Positions 16,099 through 26,016 of a stretch of DNA of 56,236 bases are shown here, in pieces; the stretch's first letter is position 1, and every line of letters starts with the position of its first letter. The notes under the pieces were generated by a model. It saw nothing but the letters and a program-made list of their open reading frames with translations, was not told where the DNA came from and ran no database searches. The translations under genes were made by a program, and so were the position numbers. The stretch is from Bacteroidales bacterium (GTDB lineage Bacteria > Bacteroidota > Bacteroidia > Bacteroidales > UBA932), in NCBI GenBank assembly GCA_017631175.1, contig JAGBTT010000197.1:1-56236 (forward strand). The letters are read 5' to 3'.

Positions 16099-19023
16099 CT
16101 ACTTGCGCTTGAGTCTATTGAAACTCCAGGTCGGCATCGATTTGGTAAGTGTCGGTGAGTATGTCGTTCCGTCCTGAGAATGATAGTATGACAGGTTGGA
16201 CGCATTCCAGGTCAGCGTGATAGGGTAGAGATCGGCGGTAGAACCGGAGTTTACCTTGATCTTTATAGTTACACTCAGCGATGTCGGATGCGCAGCGTGC
16301 TGATAGCTGTTTGCAGAACCGATCGAGTTGTGTGAATCGAAGAATGTCTGAGCATAAATCGCATCCATTCCTGCCTTGATTGCACCTCCATCTATTGATG
16401 TCTTCGAGGTGCCCACAGTGATTCCGGTCAGAGTCTTGCTGATGGTTGCGGAGCAGTTGTTGTCCTTGCCTCCGAACCATGTGCCGTTCGGGAAGGTCTC
16501 GACATATCCGTTCACCGTTCCTGTGATGCTCACATCCAGCTTGATACCGTATGGATTGCCCTTGGTGCAGCTTGCATAGAGCTGGCCAGCGGACGAGTCA
16601 TACGTCAGTGTAAGATTGTAAGGGCCGGAGTTGAACCTGCTGATCATGTTCGAGAGTTTTTGAGCTGTGATATTAGGGAATGAATCCAACGAAGTGTTTG
16701 GCTTCGAGATCAGGTTGCCGTTACTGTATAGCCACATGCCCTTGTTGTTCCATCCCGGATTCTCCGGATCATCTCCATAGATGATGCTGTATTTCATCGA
16801 ACCGTCCTCAAGATTGTCAATCAGCTTCACTTCTCCACTGTAGAGTCTTCCTGAAGGCAGTCTTACATCGAAGAGGTGATGCAGGGACTCCTGGCCTCTT
16901 TGGTCAACCATCTGGACTCTGTAGCAATCGTTAACATCCAATCCATACAATGGATAAACCATCAGGTTACCATCAGATGAGAATTGGTCGCCATCTCCAT
17001 TTCTTTCGTTGTAGATGGTCGTACCGTATCCATAGAGTGGCAGGGAACTGCCGTAATATGAACTTGTGATGTACGAGACTCTGTTGATGGTGATGTTGTT
17101 GTTCACATCATCCAGGTACTCGTTCCTGCTGATGGCATTCCAATCCGTATTAGACGTATTCACCTGCCATGCCTGTATGGTCAACGGCATATTTGACGGA
17201 TTGTTTATCTTCAGCGAAGTCTGAGTCGAGTGGTATTTGGCCCATCCATTGTCAACCACGGTCAGAGTGATAGGCTCTATTCCTAAGTCTACGCTATAGA
17301 CGTCATAGATGCTGTGATTGAGCTCGTCGATGTCGATGCTGATCACTCGTGTGCCTCTGACCGCACGGCTTAGCTCGTAATTCACATCTGGGTCGCTTCC
17401 GCTGTTCTTGCAGCTGATGGTGTAGGTTGCGGCCGGACCGTTGGATTCTGATGTACCAGGTGTCATGGTGACAGTGATATTGCCAAGCATGTCGTAATCA
17501 GACTCTATGTATGGATCTCTTTCGAAGGTGAATGGAGTCAGGTCGAATCCGGACAGATAGTCGTTATTGAGATTGTATCCGTCTTCATCTGTAAGATAGA
17601 TATGTAGCTTCTCATCCCTTCCGTTGATGATTGCACATGGCTGCTCATCAATGGCTATGTCGCTGTCTCCGTATCTGACGCTTGAGTAGAATGATGCTAC
17701 CATATTTGGCTTCTTGATGTTGAACCTCTCGCTGACCTCGGTAACCGGATTGCCGCTCGGGTCGCAAAGCCAGATGTTGCCAGTTCCTCTTGTCCAGCAT
17801 GTTCCGCGTACGTAAATGACTCCGCGGGAAGAGTCGGTCTCATACTCGTCGAACTTTATGCTTCCGCCATCAATGGATACCAGCTTTAGGCTGCACTTGG
17901 ACAGGTCTCCACCAAGATGTGTGACAAGGTCCGGATGCACGTCCATATAGTACCAGAACTTCTCGCCGATATACATGTCGTCAGCCGGATGCAGACTCTC
18001 GTCGATATAGCCGTCTGCGTATCCTGGTTGCACCTCCACGTCCGGTTCAACCTTCCAGGAGATTTCAGTCAGCCCTTCTCCTGTGAGCGTGAGGGTGATA
18101 TGCATGTCGCTGTTGCGGATGACACTGAAGTCGGAGGTGTTGTCCTTTCCAAGATAGAAACGGTAGGTCACTGTGCCTTTGTACAGGAATCCTTCCTCGA
18201 ACTCTCCGATGGCTTCGATGTATGTGCATAGTCCTGCCTTGCTGCCCAGGGCGTCAGGAATCTTCTGCCATGGGTCCTTGTTCTGCGGAAGCAGGTTGTC
18301 CTGTCTGTTTTCCAGTGTATAGAAGTGGATGGTCTCACCGTCATTGAGCCTCTCGAGATCCTGCTGCGTGGCGTAGTCGCCATCGAGGGACTCGTCCTCA
18401 GAAGTGATCCTGCTGCCGCCGGATTCGAAAGGACGCACAACGGAGGCGCTCTGACAAAGTCTGACTGATGTGATCTTGATGCCGTTCACTAGTGATGCAT
18501 CAAGTGTGAATCCAATCCTTGCAGCCAGCCTCTCCATCTTCACATTAACAGCCTTCTGGCTGCTGTTGATGTTCACTCCCGTTGTCTTCCATGCCATTGG
18601 GATGCACTCTTCAAGGTCGTCGATTGTGGCAATCCATAGGTTGACCTCACCGCCTACCTGTGATTCATTGACCGGCATCTCTATCCTTCCCATGTTGGAG
18701 ATGGCGTAGAAGTTATACGTATAGCCTTTGTTCAGTTCAAAGGCCACAGTGGTCGGGTTTGACTTGAAGACATGTTCAACCAGCTTGCTATCCCTATATG
18801 CGTAGATATTGATGTCATTGATCGCATTCTCGTCAGGCGATATGCTGCTCTTGGTACGGTCGGCGCTGCTTATGTTGAACGTACAGACCGCCACGCTGTC
18901 CGTTGACGGAATCGTGACCTCCGGGTTGATCGGAATGATTTCTTCCGGTTCAACTGGCAGCCTTTCGCACGAGTATAGTGCTGTTAACGCAGTTATGATT
19001 ATTAGAATTCTTTTCATTTTCAT
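16099..19023 (-). CDS. Type V pilus tip/ancillary pilin (DUF4906-like N-terminal pilin domain + long C-terminal adhesin region)
   Basis: Lipobox LYSC, processing site RTK/SS, YNFYAISNMG, FYTLENRQ, YRFYLG..NTSDF.V.RN. Start 19023 or 19017. Confidence 0.8.
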   Translation of the reverse strand: MKMKRILIIITALTALYSCERLPVEPEEIIPINPEVTIPSTDSVAVCTFNISSADRTKSSISPDENAINDINIYAYRDSKLVEHVFKSNPTTVAFELNKGYTYNFYAISNMGRIEMPVNESQVGGEVNLWIATIDDLEECIPMAWKTTGVNINSSQKAVNVKMERLAARIGFTLDASLVNGIKITSVRLCQSASVVRPFESGGSRITSEDESLDGDYATQQDLERLNDGETIHFYTLENRQDNLLPQNKDPWQKIPDALGSKAGLCTYIEAIGEFEEGFLYKGTVTYRFYLGKDNTSDFSVIRNSDMHITLTLTGEGLTEISWKVEPDVEVQPGYADGYIDESLHPADDMYIGEKFWYYMDVHPDLVTHLGGDLSKCSLKLVSIDGGSIKFDEYETDSSRGVIYVRGTCWTRGTGNIWLCDPSGNPVTEVSERFNIKKPNMVASFYSSVRYGDSDIAIDEQPCAIINGRDEKLHIYLTDEDGYNLNNDYLSGFDLTPFTFERDPYIESDYDMLGNITVTMTPGTSESNGPAATYTISCKNSGSDPDVNYELSRAVRGTRVISIDIDELNHSIYDVYSVDLGIEPITLTVVDNGWAKYHSTQTSLKINNPSNMPLTIQAWQVNTSNTDWNAISRNEYLDDVNNNITINRVSYITSSYYGSSLPLYGYGTTIYNERNGDGDQFSSDGNLMVYPLYGLDVNDCYRVQMVDQRGQESLHHLFDVRLPSGRLYSGEVKLIDNLEDGSMKYSIIYGDDPENPGWNNKGMWLYSNGNLISKPNTSLDSFPNITAQKLSNMISRFNSGPYNLTLTYDSSAGQLYASCTKGNPYGIKLDVSITGTVNGYVETFPNGTWFGGKDNNCSATISKTLTGITVGTSKTSIDGGAIKAGMDAIYAQTFFDSHNSIGSANSYQHAAHPTSLSVTIKIKVNSGSTADLYPITLTWNASNLSYYHSQDGTTYSPTLTKSMPTWSFNRLKRK

Positions 19024-19031
19024 TAGAGCTG

Positions 19032-20930
19032 TTAGTCCATATAAACGAGTGTCCATCCGTATGCTCCAAGATTAAGGTTGCTGGCTACCCAGTAACTGTA
19101 GTTTGAGTTTGTCTTTGCTTCTACAGGGACGGCCAACACACCGTAGGGCGCAACACCGAGGAAGTTATATCTGTAGTTGCCTCCAAGACTCGGAGTGATG
19201 AGAGGGAAGGATACGATATGTCGTAGGTTGCTGCAATCGCTGAAGCAATAGTTGCCGATATATGTCACACCAGCCGGAATGATGATTGATGCAAGTGATG
19301 AGCATCCGTCGAAGGCAAAGTCTCCGAATCGTGTGACACCATCAGGTATCCTTATGGTCTGAAGGGATTCGCAGCCGCGGAACATGCTGTCGTAGATTTC
19401 GGTGAGGGAATCAGGGATGTCGACGCTCTTGAGCTTCGTGCAGTCATAGAGCACTCCGCTGCCGAAGATCTGAACGGTTTCCGGTAGTTCGAAATGCGTT
19501 ATGGAGGTCTTTGAGAACGCATAGCCTTTGATTTCTGTAACCTCATTGGAGACCTTCACATCTATCAGTGCAGGGCAGTTATCAAAGAGATCATAAGGTA
19601 TGACATGATCCGTAAAAGAGTACTTGTAGGTGTATACTCCAGCTGTGCTGAATGTCTTAGTCAGTGTCGGCTGTATGTCCGTATCTCCTTCGCGCATCCT
19701 CGTGATCTTGGCAATGTCTGAATCGTAGAAATAACGGTAAAGCATCTGCGTTGCTGTACCTGCTGTAACCTCCCACTTTGCCACAAGATCGTATGTGTAT
19801 GTGCCGGTGAAGTTCACGGTGACAGCAGACTTGATGTCTGAGAGAGTGATGGTTCTGATACCGGTCTCGATGTCAGAACTCTGCGTGAGGGTAGCGGTAC
19901 CTGTGAGAGTTACCGGCTCCACTTCTTTGCATCTTGCGGGTGTCTTAGGGACTGCTGTGATCGTAACCACTCCATCGCTGACGGAGTTGTATACGGCAAT
20001 GTCCTCAAGGTCTCCGGTGAGAGTCACCTTGTCGCTCACCTTGATGGCGGTGTTCTGCGTTTCTCCGTATGTCCACTCGCTGACGGTGATGTCTGAGAGT
20101 GAGAGCTCTCCGGAGTTCACGGTCAGATGGAACTGCGTTATCTCTCCCTGTCTGAGGATGATGTCCCCGAACTCCAGTGTGTAATCTGTCCCGTCTATGG
20201 TGATGACCACCTTGCCTGTTGTCGCTCCCGACGGGATGACAATGATCTCGCTCTCCTGTATCGAGAATGTAAGAGTCTTCGCTGTCATTGCCGGAGCAAC
20301 TGTGCCACCCTTACCTGTAATGTTGAAGATGGATCCGTCTGTTGCGTCAAGATAAGCAGCTGTGCCGATACAGTCACCTCCAAAGGATACTTTCGTTACC
20401 TTGCCAGCACCTGTATATGTACCTCTCACATAGGAAATCTTCACAGCTGCAAGAGCGTGTTTCATTACGATTGTTGCGTTCCGTTTGTCTTTGTTTACAG
20501 TCACAGGGACTCCGTACATGCAGTCCACTTGTGTGACAGATGTTGCTCTCAGAGGAATTGATGAGATCTGGTCGAACGCTTCAGAGAATGGGTAGAATGC
20601 GAACAGTGTTCCCATCTCTGATGATAGCAGGATAGGGGATTCCGAGGACCATACCTGATTACCGGATTCCTGATTGGCGGTATACTTAACATTGGTGAAG
20701 AGTTCACCGGTGTATACTCCGTAGTCATCCTTTATCGTGATTCCGACGGAGGATCCGTCAGGAAGCTTTGTGTCCTTGACGAGTGCCTTGGTAAGCTCCG
20801 CCGTGCTCATGGATAGTTCCAAGGCTACAGGCTGCTCCGCCTGGGGCTCCTGCGGGAGGAGCCCCTCGGCGGGGCTGCAGCTGCACAACAGTGCGGTAAA
20901 AGCAAGAATGTTTACATATAATCTTTTCAT
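19032..20930 (-). CDS. Fimbrillin (Mfa1-like/BF2867-like) fused to BspA-type leucine-rich repeats
   Basis: Lipobox LCSC, TK/A site, FAFYPF, MKHALA; C-terminal repeats such as IPDGVTRFGDFAFDGCSSL. Confidence 0.82.
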   Translation of the reverse strand: MKRLYVNILAFTALLCSCSPAEGLLPQEPQAEQPVALELSMSTAELTKALVKDTKLPDGSSVGITIKDDYGVYTGELFTNVKYTANQESGNQVWSSESPILLSSEMGTLFAFYPFSEAFDQISSIPLRATSVTQVDCMYGVPVTVNKDKRNATIVMKHALAAVKISYVRGTYTGAGKVTKVSFGGDCIGTAAYLDATDGSIFNITGKGGTVAPAMTAKTLTFSIQESEIIVIPSGATTGKVVITIDGTDYTLEFGDIILRQGEITQFHLTVNSGELSLSDITVSEWTYGETQNTAIKVSDKVTLTGDLEDIAVYNSVSDGVVTITAVPKTPARCKEVEPVTLTGTATLTQSSDIETGIRTITLSDIKSAVTVNFTGTYTYDLVAKWEVTAGTATQMLYRYFYDSDIAKITRMREGDTDIQPTLTKTFSTAGVYTYKYSFTDHVIPYDLFDNCPALIDVKVSNEVTEIKGYAFSKTSITHFELPETVQIFGSGVLYDCTKLKSVDIPDSLTEIYDSMFRGCESLQTIRIPDGVTRFGDFAFDGCSSLASIIIPAGVTYIGNYCFSDCSNLRHIVSFPLITPSLGGNYRYNFLGVAPYGVLAVPVEAKTNSNYSYWVASNLNLGAYGWTLVYMD

Positions 20931-20943
20931 TGTCTGTGATATT

Positions 20944-23067
20944 CTAGTAATCAAATACATAGCTATACTTTACTATGCCTTCGCTCTCGCTGTATGTGGT
21001 CACTACCGAAGGACTGATGGACTTTCCGTAGAAGAAGTCTGGCACGAGATCATCATATGGCATGTAGTCCATGGAGATGCTCTTTTTCGCGCTCTCATAC
21101 GCTCCCTTGGAGATGGTGTAGGCGTTGCCGTGATTATCGTAGATGGTCATGTTCTGAAGGGCAGGTGAAGCCAGTCTGAAGTAGACCTCGGCTAGGCCCG
21201 GTCCGGAATCCCCGGAACTGTTCCCCGTAGATGTCACCCTGGCATAGCACCAGTAGTCCACGGTATAGGTATTTGTCGGAGCTGTCTTGCGGGTGATCGT
21301 TGCCGAGTAGGTCTTTGAACCGATGTGCACATAGACTTTGTACGTGCCGCCGCTATATAGGGTATCGAATGAGAGGGTGCGAGTGGCGTTGCCCTTTCCT
21401 GACGCTCCGCCGCTCATGGTGAAATGCTCATCATCCGAGGTGAAGCTCCAGCCCTTGTTATCTGGATCACTGATGGTGATGCTGAGACTTCCTTTCTGCC
21501 ATGATGCAGTAGTGGAACTTAGCGTGAATCCCTCCGACAGGTACTCCACGTCAAAGGTGAGTGAGGCGTACTTTGTCACTCCTTCGTATGTATACTCGCA
21601 GTAGATCTCGAAGGTGCCGCTCTCGTCGCTGTTGCCGGCGATGAACACGCCCGGCGTGCTAGTCCCGAGGCAGTCGTCGTAGCAGTCCCAGCTGCAGAGC
21701 TCGGTCACGTCCTCGCTCGTGCCGTCGCTGAATGATGCCCAGGCCGTGAAGTAGGCGTAGTCTCCGGCGTAGTAGTCGCTGCGGTCTGTCTCCAGGGTCA
21801 GCCCAGTGAGTGTCTTCTGACTGCGGATGACCTTGATTGTAGAGGCAGCCCGGCTGTTGCCTATCGATGCGGTGATGACCGCTGTGCCGGGTGACTTGGC
21901 CGTCACTGTTCCCTTACTTACAGTGGCTACGGAACTGTTGCTTGAGCTCCAACTCACGTAAGAGGTGTAGTCGCTCTCCCAGACCCTCAGTCCGTCGGCG
22001 GTCCTGAAGTAGACCGCCTTGAGTGCAGTTGTCTTGCCTACGTTGACGCTTGCCGAGACAGGAGTGCACTCCAGCCCGTACTCGATTACCGGGAGATCCT
22101 CCCCGAAGTCTACCTTCCAGCAGTGCTCGAAGACATTGTCCTCGCTGATGCAGAGATTCACGTTGATATCCTTATTCCTTACGATGTTAAAGTCCGTGCA
22201 GTTGTCCGCTCCTAGGAAGAATCGGTACTTCAGACGTTCTGATTGTACCTGAACTCCGCCGTAGTCTCCGCTGTAGGATGCGGTTATCTCCAGGTAGGAG
22301 CATAGCTCCGAGCCGCTGGAGAGTTCCTCCGGTACCTTCAGCCAAGGGTCTGTGTTGTCCGGAAGGAGGACACCCTGACAGTTCTCCAATGCATAGAATG
22401 TCACGCTCCGTCCCGAGTTCAGCGTGGCGATGTCATCAGCGCTGGCGAAGTCGCCATCTGCGACCTCGCTACTGCTTATGGCTCTGCTCTGGTCCTGGAA
22501 CGGGTGTGCCTTTACAGCTCCCTGACAGATGCGTGCATCGGTGATGGTGAGTCCGCTGACGTCTGACAGGTCGACCGTGAGGTTGATCCTGGCGTGAAGA
22601 CGCCTCATGGTTATATTGATGTTGTTGCCACTCTGACCGATGGTTTTGTCGCTCAGGCTCCAGACCATTGGGAAGCCCTCTAACATGGTGGCGGATGTCA
22701 CAGACAGCTGATATGACTTGATCTGCTCTTCATTAGTCGGAGCGTCGATCCTGCCCACGTTGGCAAGAGCGTAGAAGTTGTACGTCCTTCCCTTGACCAT
22801 ATTTGCGGAGATACTCTGCGACTCCTGGACGTAAAGCACTTCTGCCAGCTTTCCTTCATGGTAAGCCAGCAGGTTGATGTCACTCACCACCTGTGAGGAC
22901 ACAGTGATGCTGCTCTTGGTGGAGCCTTCAGGCGGGTCTATGCCGATGGTGAAACTGACGAGTGCAGAGTCTGCCTGTTCTTTCTCTTGAGGAAGGGTTG
23001 GCTGCTCATCCGCTGAACAGGAGCACAGCATGGCGGCAGCTAATAGGATTGTCATTAATCGTTTCAT
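20944..23067 (-). CDS. Type V pilus tip pilin (DUF4906-like + two Ig-like/Big_2 domains)
   Basis: Lipobox LCSC, TK/SS, YNFYALANVG, FYALENCQG, YRFFLGADNCTDF; WSSSNSSVATVSKGTVTAKSPGTAVITA. Confidence 0.82.
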   Translation of the reverse strand: MKRLMTILLAAAMLCSCSADEQPTLPQEKEQADSALVSFTIGIDPPEGSTKSSITVSSQVVSDINLLAYHEGKLAEVLYVQESQSISANMVKGRTYNFYALANVGRIDAPTNEEQIKSYQLSVTSATMLEGFPMVWSLSDKTIGQSGNNINITMRRLHARINLTVDLSDVSGLTITDARICQGAVKAHPFQDQSRAISSSEVADGDFASADDIATLNSGRSVTFYALENCQGVLLPDNTDPWLKVPEELSSGSELCSYLEITASYSGDYGGVQVQSERLKYRFFLGADNCTDFNIVRNKDINVNLCISEDNVFEHCWKVDFGEDLPVIEYGLECTPVSASVNVGKTTALKAVYFRTADGLRVWESDYTSYVSWSSSNSSVATVSKGTVTAKSPGTAVITASIGNSRAASTIKVIRSQKTLTGLTLETDRSDYYAGDYAYFTAWASFSDGTSEDVTELCSWDCYDDCLGTSTPGVFIAGNSDESGTFEIYCEYTYEGVTKYASLTFDVEYLSEGFTLSSTTASWQKGSLSITISDPDNKGWSFTSDDEHFTMSGGASGKGNATRTLSFDTLYSGGTYKVYVHIGSKTYSATITRKTAPTNTYTVDYWCYARVTSTGNSSGDSGPGLAEVYFRLASPALQNMTIYDNHGNAYTISKGAYESAKKSISMDYMPYDDLVPDFFYGKSISPSVVTTYSESEGIVKYSYVFDY

Positions 23068-23080
23068 GATGAATTAATAT

Positions 23081-23869
23081 TTAGATTTCCACTTTGAATG
23101 AGTATCCGTCATCCCATCCCTTGATGGAGATGCTGACCTCTGCCTTGGCATAGTCGACGCCGATGTATATGTCCTCAAGGTCCTTCTTCAGCCAGTTGTA
23201 TCCCATCTGGTTGATCCACTCGGCCAGAGGAATGGTTTCGATGACTTCTCCCTTGTCATAGATGAGGAGCCTCAGCTGTCCGCCGTTCTCCTTCTGTCGC
23301 GGGAGACAGAACATGCTGATGTTCTCCTCATCTAGCTCCAGGTCAACCTTGAACTCTCCCTCGACGGGAGAAAGGTCTCTCATGTCCATGCCGCAGACAT
23401 CGCTGCAGGCTGTGAAGGTGTAAGGGTACTGATGTCCCTGCGGTATCTCCACGTTCATGAATACCCTCGCGAACTGCTTGTGCATCACTGCGGTGTCCTT
23501 GGCGAACTCCCCGAAGCATTCCACTCTTGTGGCATGTGCGTAGATGCTGTCCGCATCATGTCCCAGAGGGATGTTCAGATGCGCTCCGCTTCTGATCATG
23601 TCCCTCTCTCCGCTGACCACGGAAGTGTTCACGTATCCTTTCGGTACGGTCTTCTCGTAGCTGCCTTCGTCGGGGTAGTCCTTCACAGCGATCCTTTCGG
23701 AGAAGATCTCCGAGTCGCCCCAGGCCGCCACCGTCACGTTCTTCTGGGAGCATCTGCCGAAGTCTATTGTCAGCCAGCACGGGCAAGGAGTGCGGTCCTC
23801 CTTGATGCTGCACGAGGCAGCACCTATGAGTGCCGCCACGAGGATGATTAGTGTCTTTCTCATTGCCAT
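23081..23869 (-). CDS. FimB/Mfa2-family pilus anchor lipoprotein
   Basis: SCSIKEDRTPCPC N-terminus, no TK/TR processing site, C-terminal ISIKGWD motif. Confidence 0.78.
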   Translation of the reverse strand: MAMRKTLIILVAALIGAASCSIKEDRTPCPCWLTIDFGRCSQKNVTVAAWGDSEIFSERIAVKDYPDEGSYEKTVPKGYVNTSVVSGERDMIRSGAHLNIPLGHDADSIYAHATRVECFGEFAKDTAVMHKQFARVFMNVEIPQGHQYPYTFTACSDVCGMDMRDLSPVEGEFKVDLELDEENISMFCLPRQKENGGQLRLLIYDKGEVIETIPLAEWINQMGYNWLKKDLEDIYIGVDYAKAEVSISIKGWDDGYSFKVEI

Positions 23870-23890
23870 TGTATAGTCTGTTTAACGTTG

Positions 23891-23986
23891 TGGGAACGAG
23901 GGGAGTCGAACCCCTGATCGGAGTGGCCGGCCCCGCATCTGCGTACCCCGCTCCTGGCCCAGGCAAGTCGCCTGTCCCGCGTTCCC
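23891..23986 (-). ncRNA. tRNA-like element (acceptor stem + T-arm, non-canonical core)
   Basis: Minus strand GGGAACG ... AGGGG-TTCGACT-CCCCT-CGTTCCC-A: perfect 7-bp acceptor stem, 5-bp T-stem, 7-nt TTCGA loop; no recognisable D or anticodon arm; followed by CAA rather than CCA. Confidence 0.7.
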
Positions 23987-23992
23987 TGTAGT

Positions 23993-25015
23993 CTAGTATT
24001 CTACTTCCTTGGAGAACCCTGTGCTCCAGTCAGTGACGGTGATGCTCACCGAGAGCGAACCCTTCTCGACAAGCTTGTCAGGAGAGTCGCTTCCCAGTCC
24101 TGTGATCTTCATGTTGGTGATTTGATACAGCGTGTTGGCTGCAGGAGTCTGTATGTTCACCGGGTAGTAGTAGGTCGTTCCACCGAGGGTGGTCTCCACG
24201 ACCAGGCGGGTGTACCTGTTACTCCATGAGCTTGACGAGCTGTCGGTTGTCACCGGATTCGGATAGCAGTACAGATAGTGTGAAGTGGTGTATGGCGTAA
24301 CCGCATCAGCTGATGCCTGTAGTGTAACAGGAGAGCTGAGCTTGTCGCTGATGAGCGCGTTGCAGTCTCCGCTGACATACTTCATTTTGTTGTACCAGTA
24401 ATCGCTTGCCCCGGCTGCCGATGTCAGTGTGTACGGACAGCTTCCGTTCACGTTCACCAGGTAGATGCCGGTCAGCTTGAACTCCTGTGCCTTGTGTGCC
24501 GGAGCGGTGAACGCCGGAGTGATCTTGTCGATCTGCACCTTCGCGGCGAATCTCTTCACTGGGATGCTCACGCTGTTGGCTCCAGCTGCGATGGTCTTGG
24601 ATGCGCTTCCGATCATCTCCATCTTGGTCACGGAGTTGTTCTTCAGGTACGACACCTTGGATGTAAGCGTGCTCTCCTTTGATACGGACGACAGGTCCTC
24701 TGAACTGTTTACAACCGCATAGCACTTGACGGTGCCGGTCGGAACACTTATGCTGATATTGCTGGACGATGCAGCGTTCTCTCCGAATCCTACCAGGTTT
24801 CCTGCCGAGTTGAACACCAGCACCTGGATGTCACCTGTCGCAGTGCCTATCTGGCTGTCCTTGACAGATGTCGCTCTGGTGGCGACGCCATCGCTGACAT
24901 TCACCTCCAGAGTTGCCATCTGCGTGCCCTCAGGCACCTGCTCCGAGGGATTCTCCTTGCTGCATGCAAGTGTTGCGATGGCCACGAAAGCCATGAATAA
25001 TCCTCTCTTGAACAT
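23993..25015 (-). CDS. FimA-like major (stalk) type V pilin
   Basis: Lipobox TLAC, TR/A processing site, QVLVF, YAVVN, YCYPN, TRLVVETTLGG..YYYP, VTDW C-terminal strand. Confidence 0.82.
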   Translation of the reverse strand: MFKRGLFMAFVAIATLACSKENPSEQVPEGTQMATLEVNVSDGVATRATSVKDSQIGTATGDIQVLVFNSAGNLVGFGENAASSSNISISVPTGTVKCYAVVNSSEDLSSVSKESTLTSKVSYLKNNSVTKMEMIGSASKTIAAGANSVSIPVKRFAAKVQIDKITPAFTAPAHKAQEFKLTGIYLVNVNGSCPYTLTSAAGASDYWYNKMKYVSGDCNALISDKLSSPVTLQASADAVTPYTTSHYLYCYPNPVTTDSSSSSWSNRYTRLVVETTLGGTTYYYPVNIQTPAANTLYQITNMKITGLGSDSPDKLVEKGSLSVSITVTDWSTGFSKEVEY

Positions 25016-25026
25016 GATTTTTGGGT

Positions 25027-25986
25027 TTAGATTGTTGTACCTTCGGTTACAGGAACCACTGTCCAGTCGATCACGTTGATGCTGAATGTCGCATCAGCGA
25101 ACGATACCGGCTCATCCGGATTGTCAGAACCCGGACGGGTGATCTTCACCTCCTCGATCTCGTACGACTTGTTGGCCGCCATCTCAGGGAGATTGATCGG
25201 GTAGTAGTACTTGGTCTCGCCGAGAGTTGTCTCGATGACAAGACGTGTCGTGTTAGTCGCGAGGTCGTTAGGGTATGCATAGAAAGTGTGTGCAGTGCTG
25301 TATGACTCTCCGTTTACGATAAGGCTTGCCGGTGCGTCATAGATAAGGCTTGCAAGCTCGTTCTTGTTCTCGGCAACGTTGTACCACTTGGCTGGAGCTG
25401 CTGAGAGGTCATAGCTTGTGTTACCTGCCACGTTGATCAGGTAGATTGCGTCAACCTTGAAGTTGAGAGCCTGGAGAGCCTCTGAAGTGAAGCTGCGTGT
25501 GATCTTCTTGAGGATCACTCTCGAAGCGATGCGGTTCACATCGATCGACACCTTCTCGCTCTGAGGAAGGGTCACGCTCTTGCTGCCGACCATCTCGAAG
25601 TTAGAGAGGCTGTTCGCGCTGAGCTCTGATACCTTAGCGAGGAGAGCTGCCTTGCCAGGAACAGCCGAGTAGTCAGGTGCGTTCACGAGTGCATAGACGA
25701 CTCTGTCGCCGGCAGTACATGAGAGCGTCAGCTCCTGTGCGTTGTCCACTGATGCGTATGCATCGAGGTCGTCGCCACGGAAGACGAATACCTGAAGGTT
25801 GTTCACCTTGGCCTCGTTGTCAGCAGATACTGCCGTAGCTTTGGTCATGGCTCCGCAGATGCCTACCGTGAGCTCGCATGGTACGAGCGATTCCTGGTTC
25901 TGAGGCTGCATAGGTGTCGCCTCGTTCTTGTTGCAGGCCACCAATGCTGCAAGGGCGGCTGCGAATGCGAAAATTGATTTCTTCAT
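25027..25986 (-). CDS. FimA-like major (stalk) type V pilin
   Basis: Lipobox LVAC, TK/A, QVFVF, YALVN, YAYPN, TRLVIETTLG..YYYP, VIDW. Confidence 0.82.
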   Translation of the reverse strand: MKKSIFAFAAALAALVACNKNEATPMQPQNQESLVPCELTVGICGAMTKATAVSADNEAKVNNLQVFVFRGDDLDAYASVDNAQELTLSCTAGDRVVYALVNAPDYSAVPGKAALLAKVSELSANSLSNFEMVGSKSVTLPQSEKVSIDVNRIASRVILKKITRSFTSEALQALNFKVDAIYLINVAGNTSYDLSAAPAKWYNVAENKNELASLIYDAPASLIVNGESYSTAHTFYAYPNDLATNTTRLVIETTLGETKYYYPINLPEMAANKSYEIEEVKITRPGSDNPDEPVSFADATFSINVIDWTVVPVTEGTTI

Positions 25987-26016
25987 TTCTTTGTTGATTA
26001 AAGTGGTTTATAGGAT

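Noticed and set aside
23556-23966. 136-aa ORF spanning the fimA-fimB spacer
   Set aside because: Out-of-frame overlap with fimB, starts inside the tRNA-like element, low-complexity translation.
23891-23986. Canonical tRNA gene (e.g. long-arm Ser/Leu/Sec)
   Set aside because: No U8, D-loop GG or 5-bp/7-nt anticodon arm could be placed; kept only as tRNA-like.
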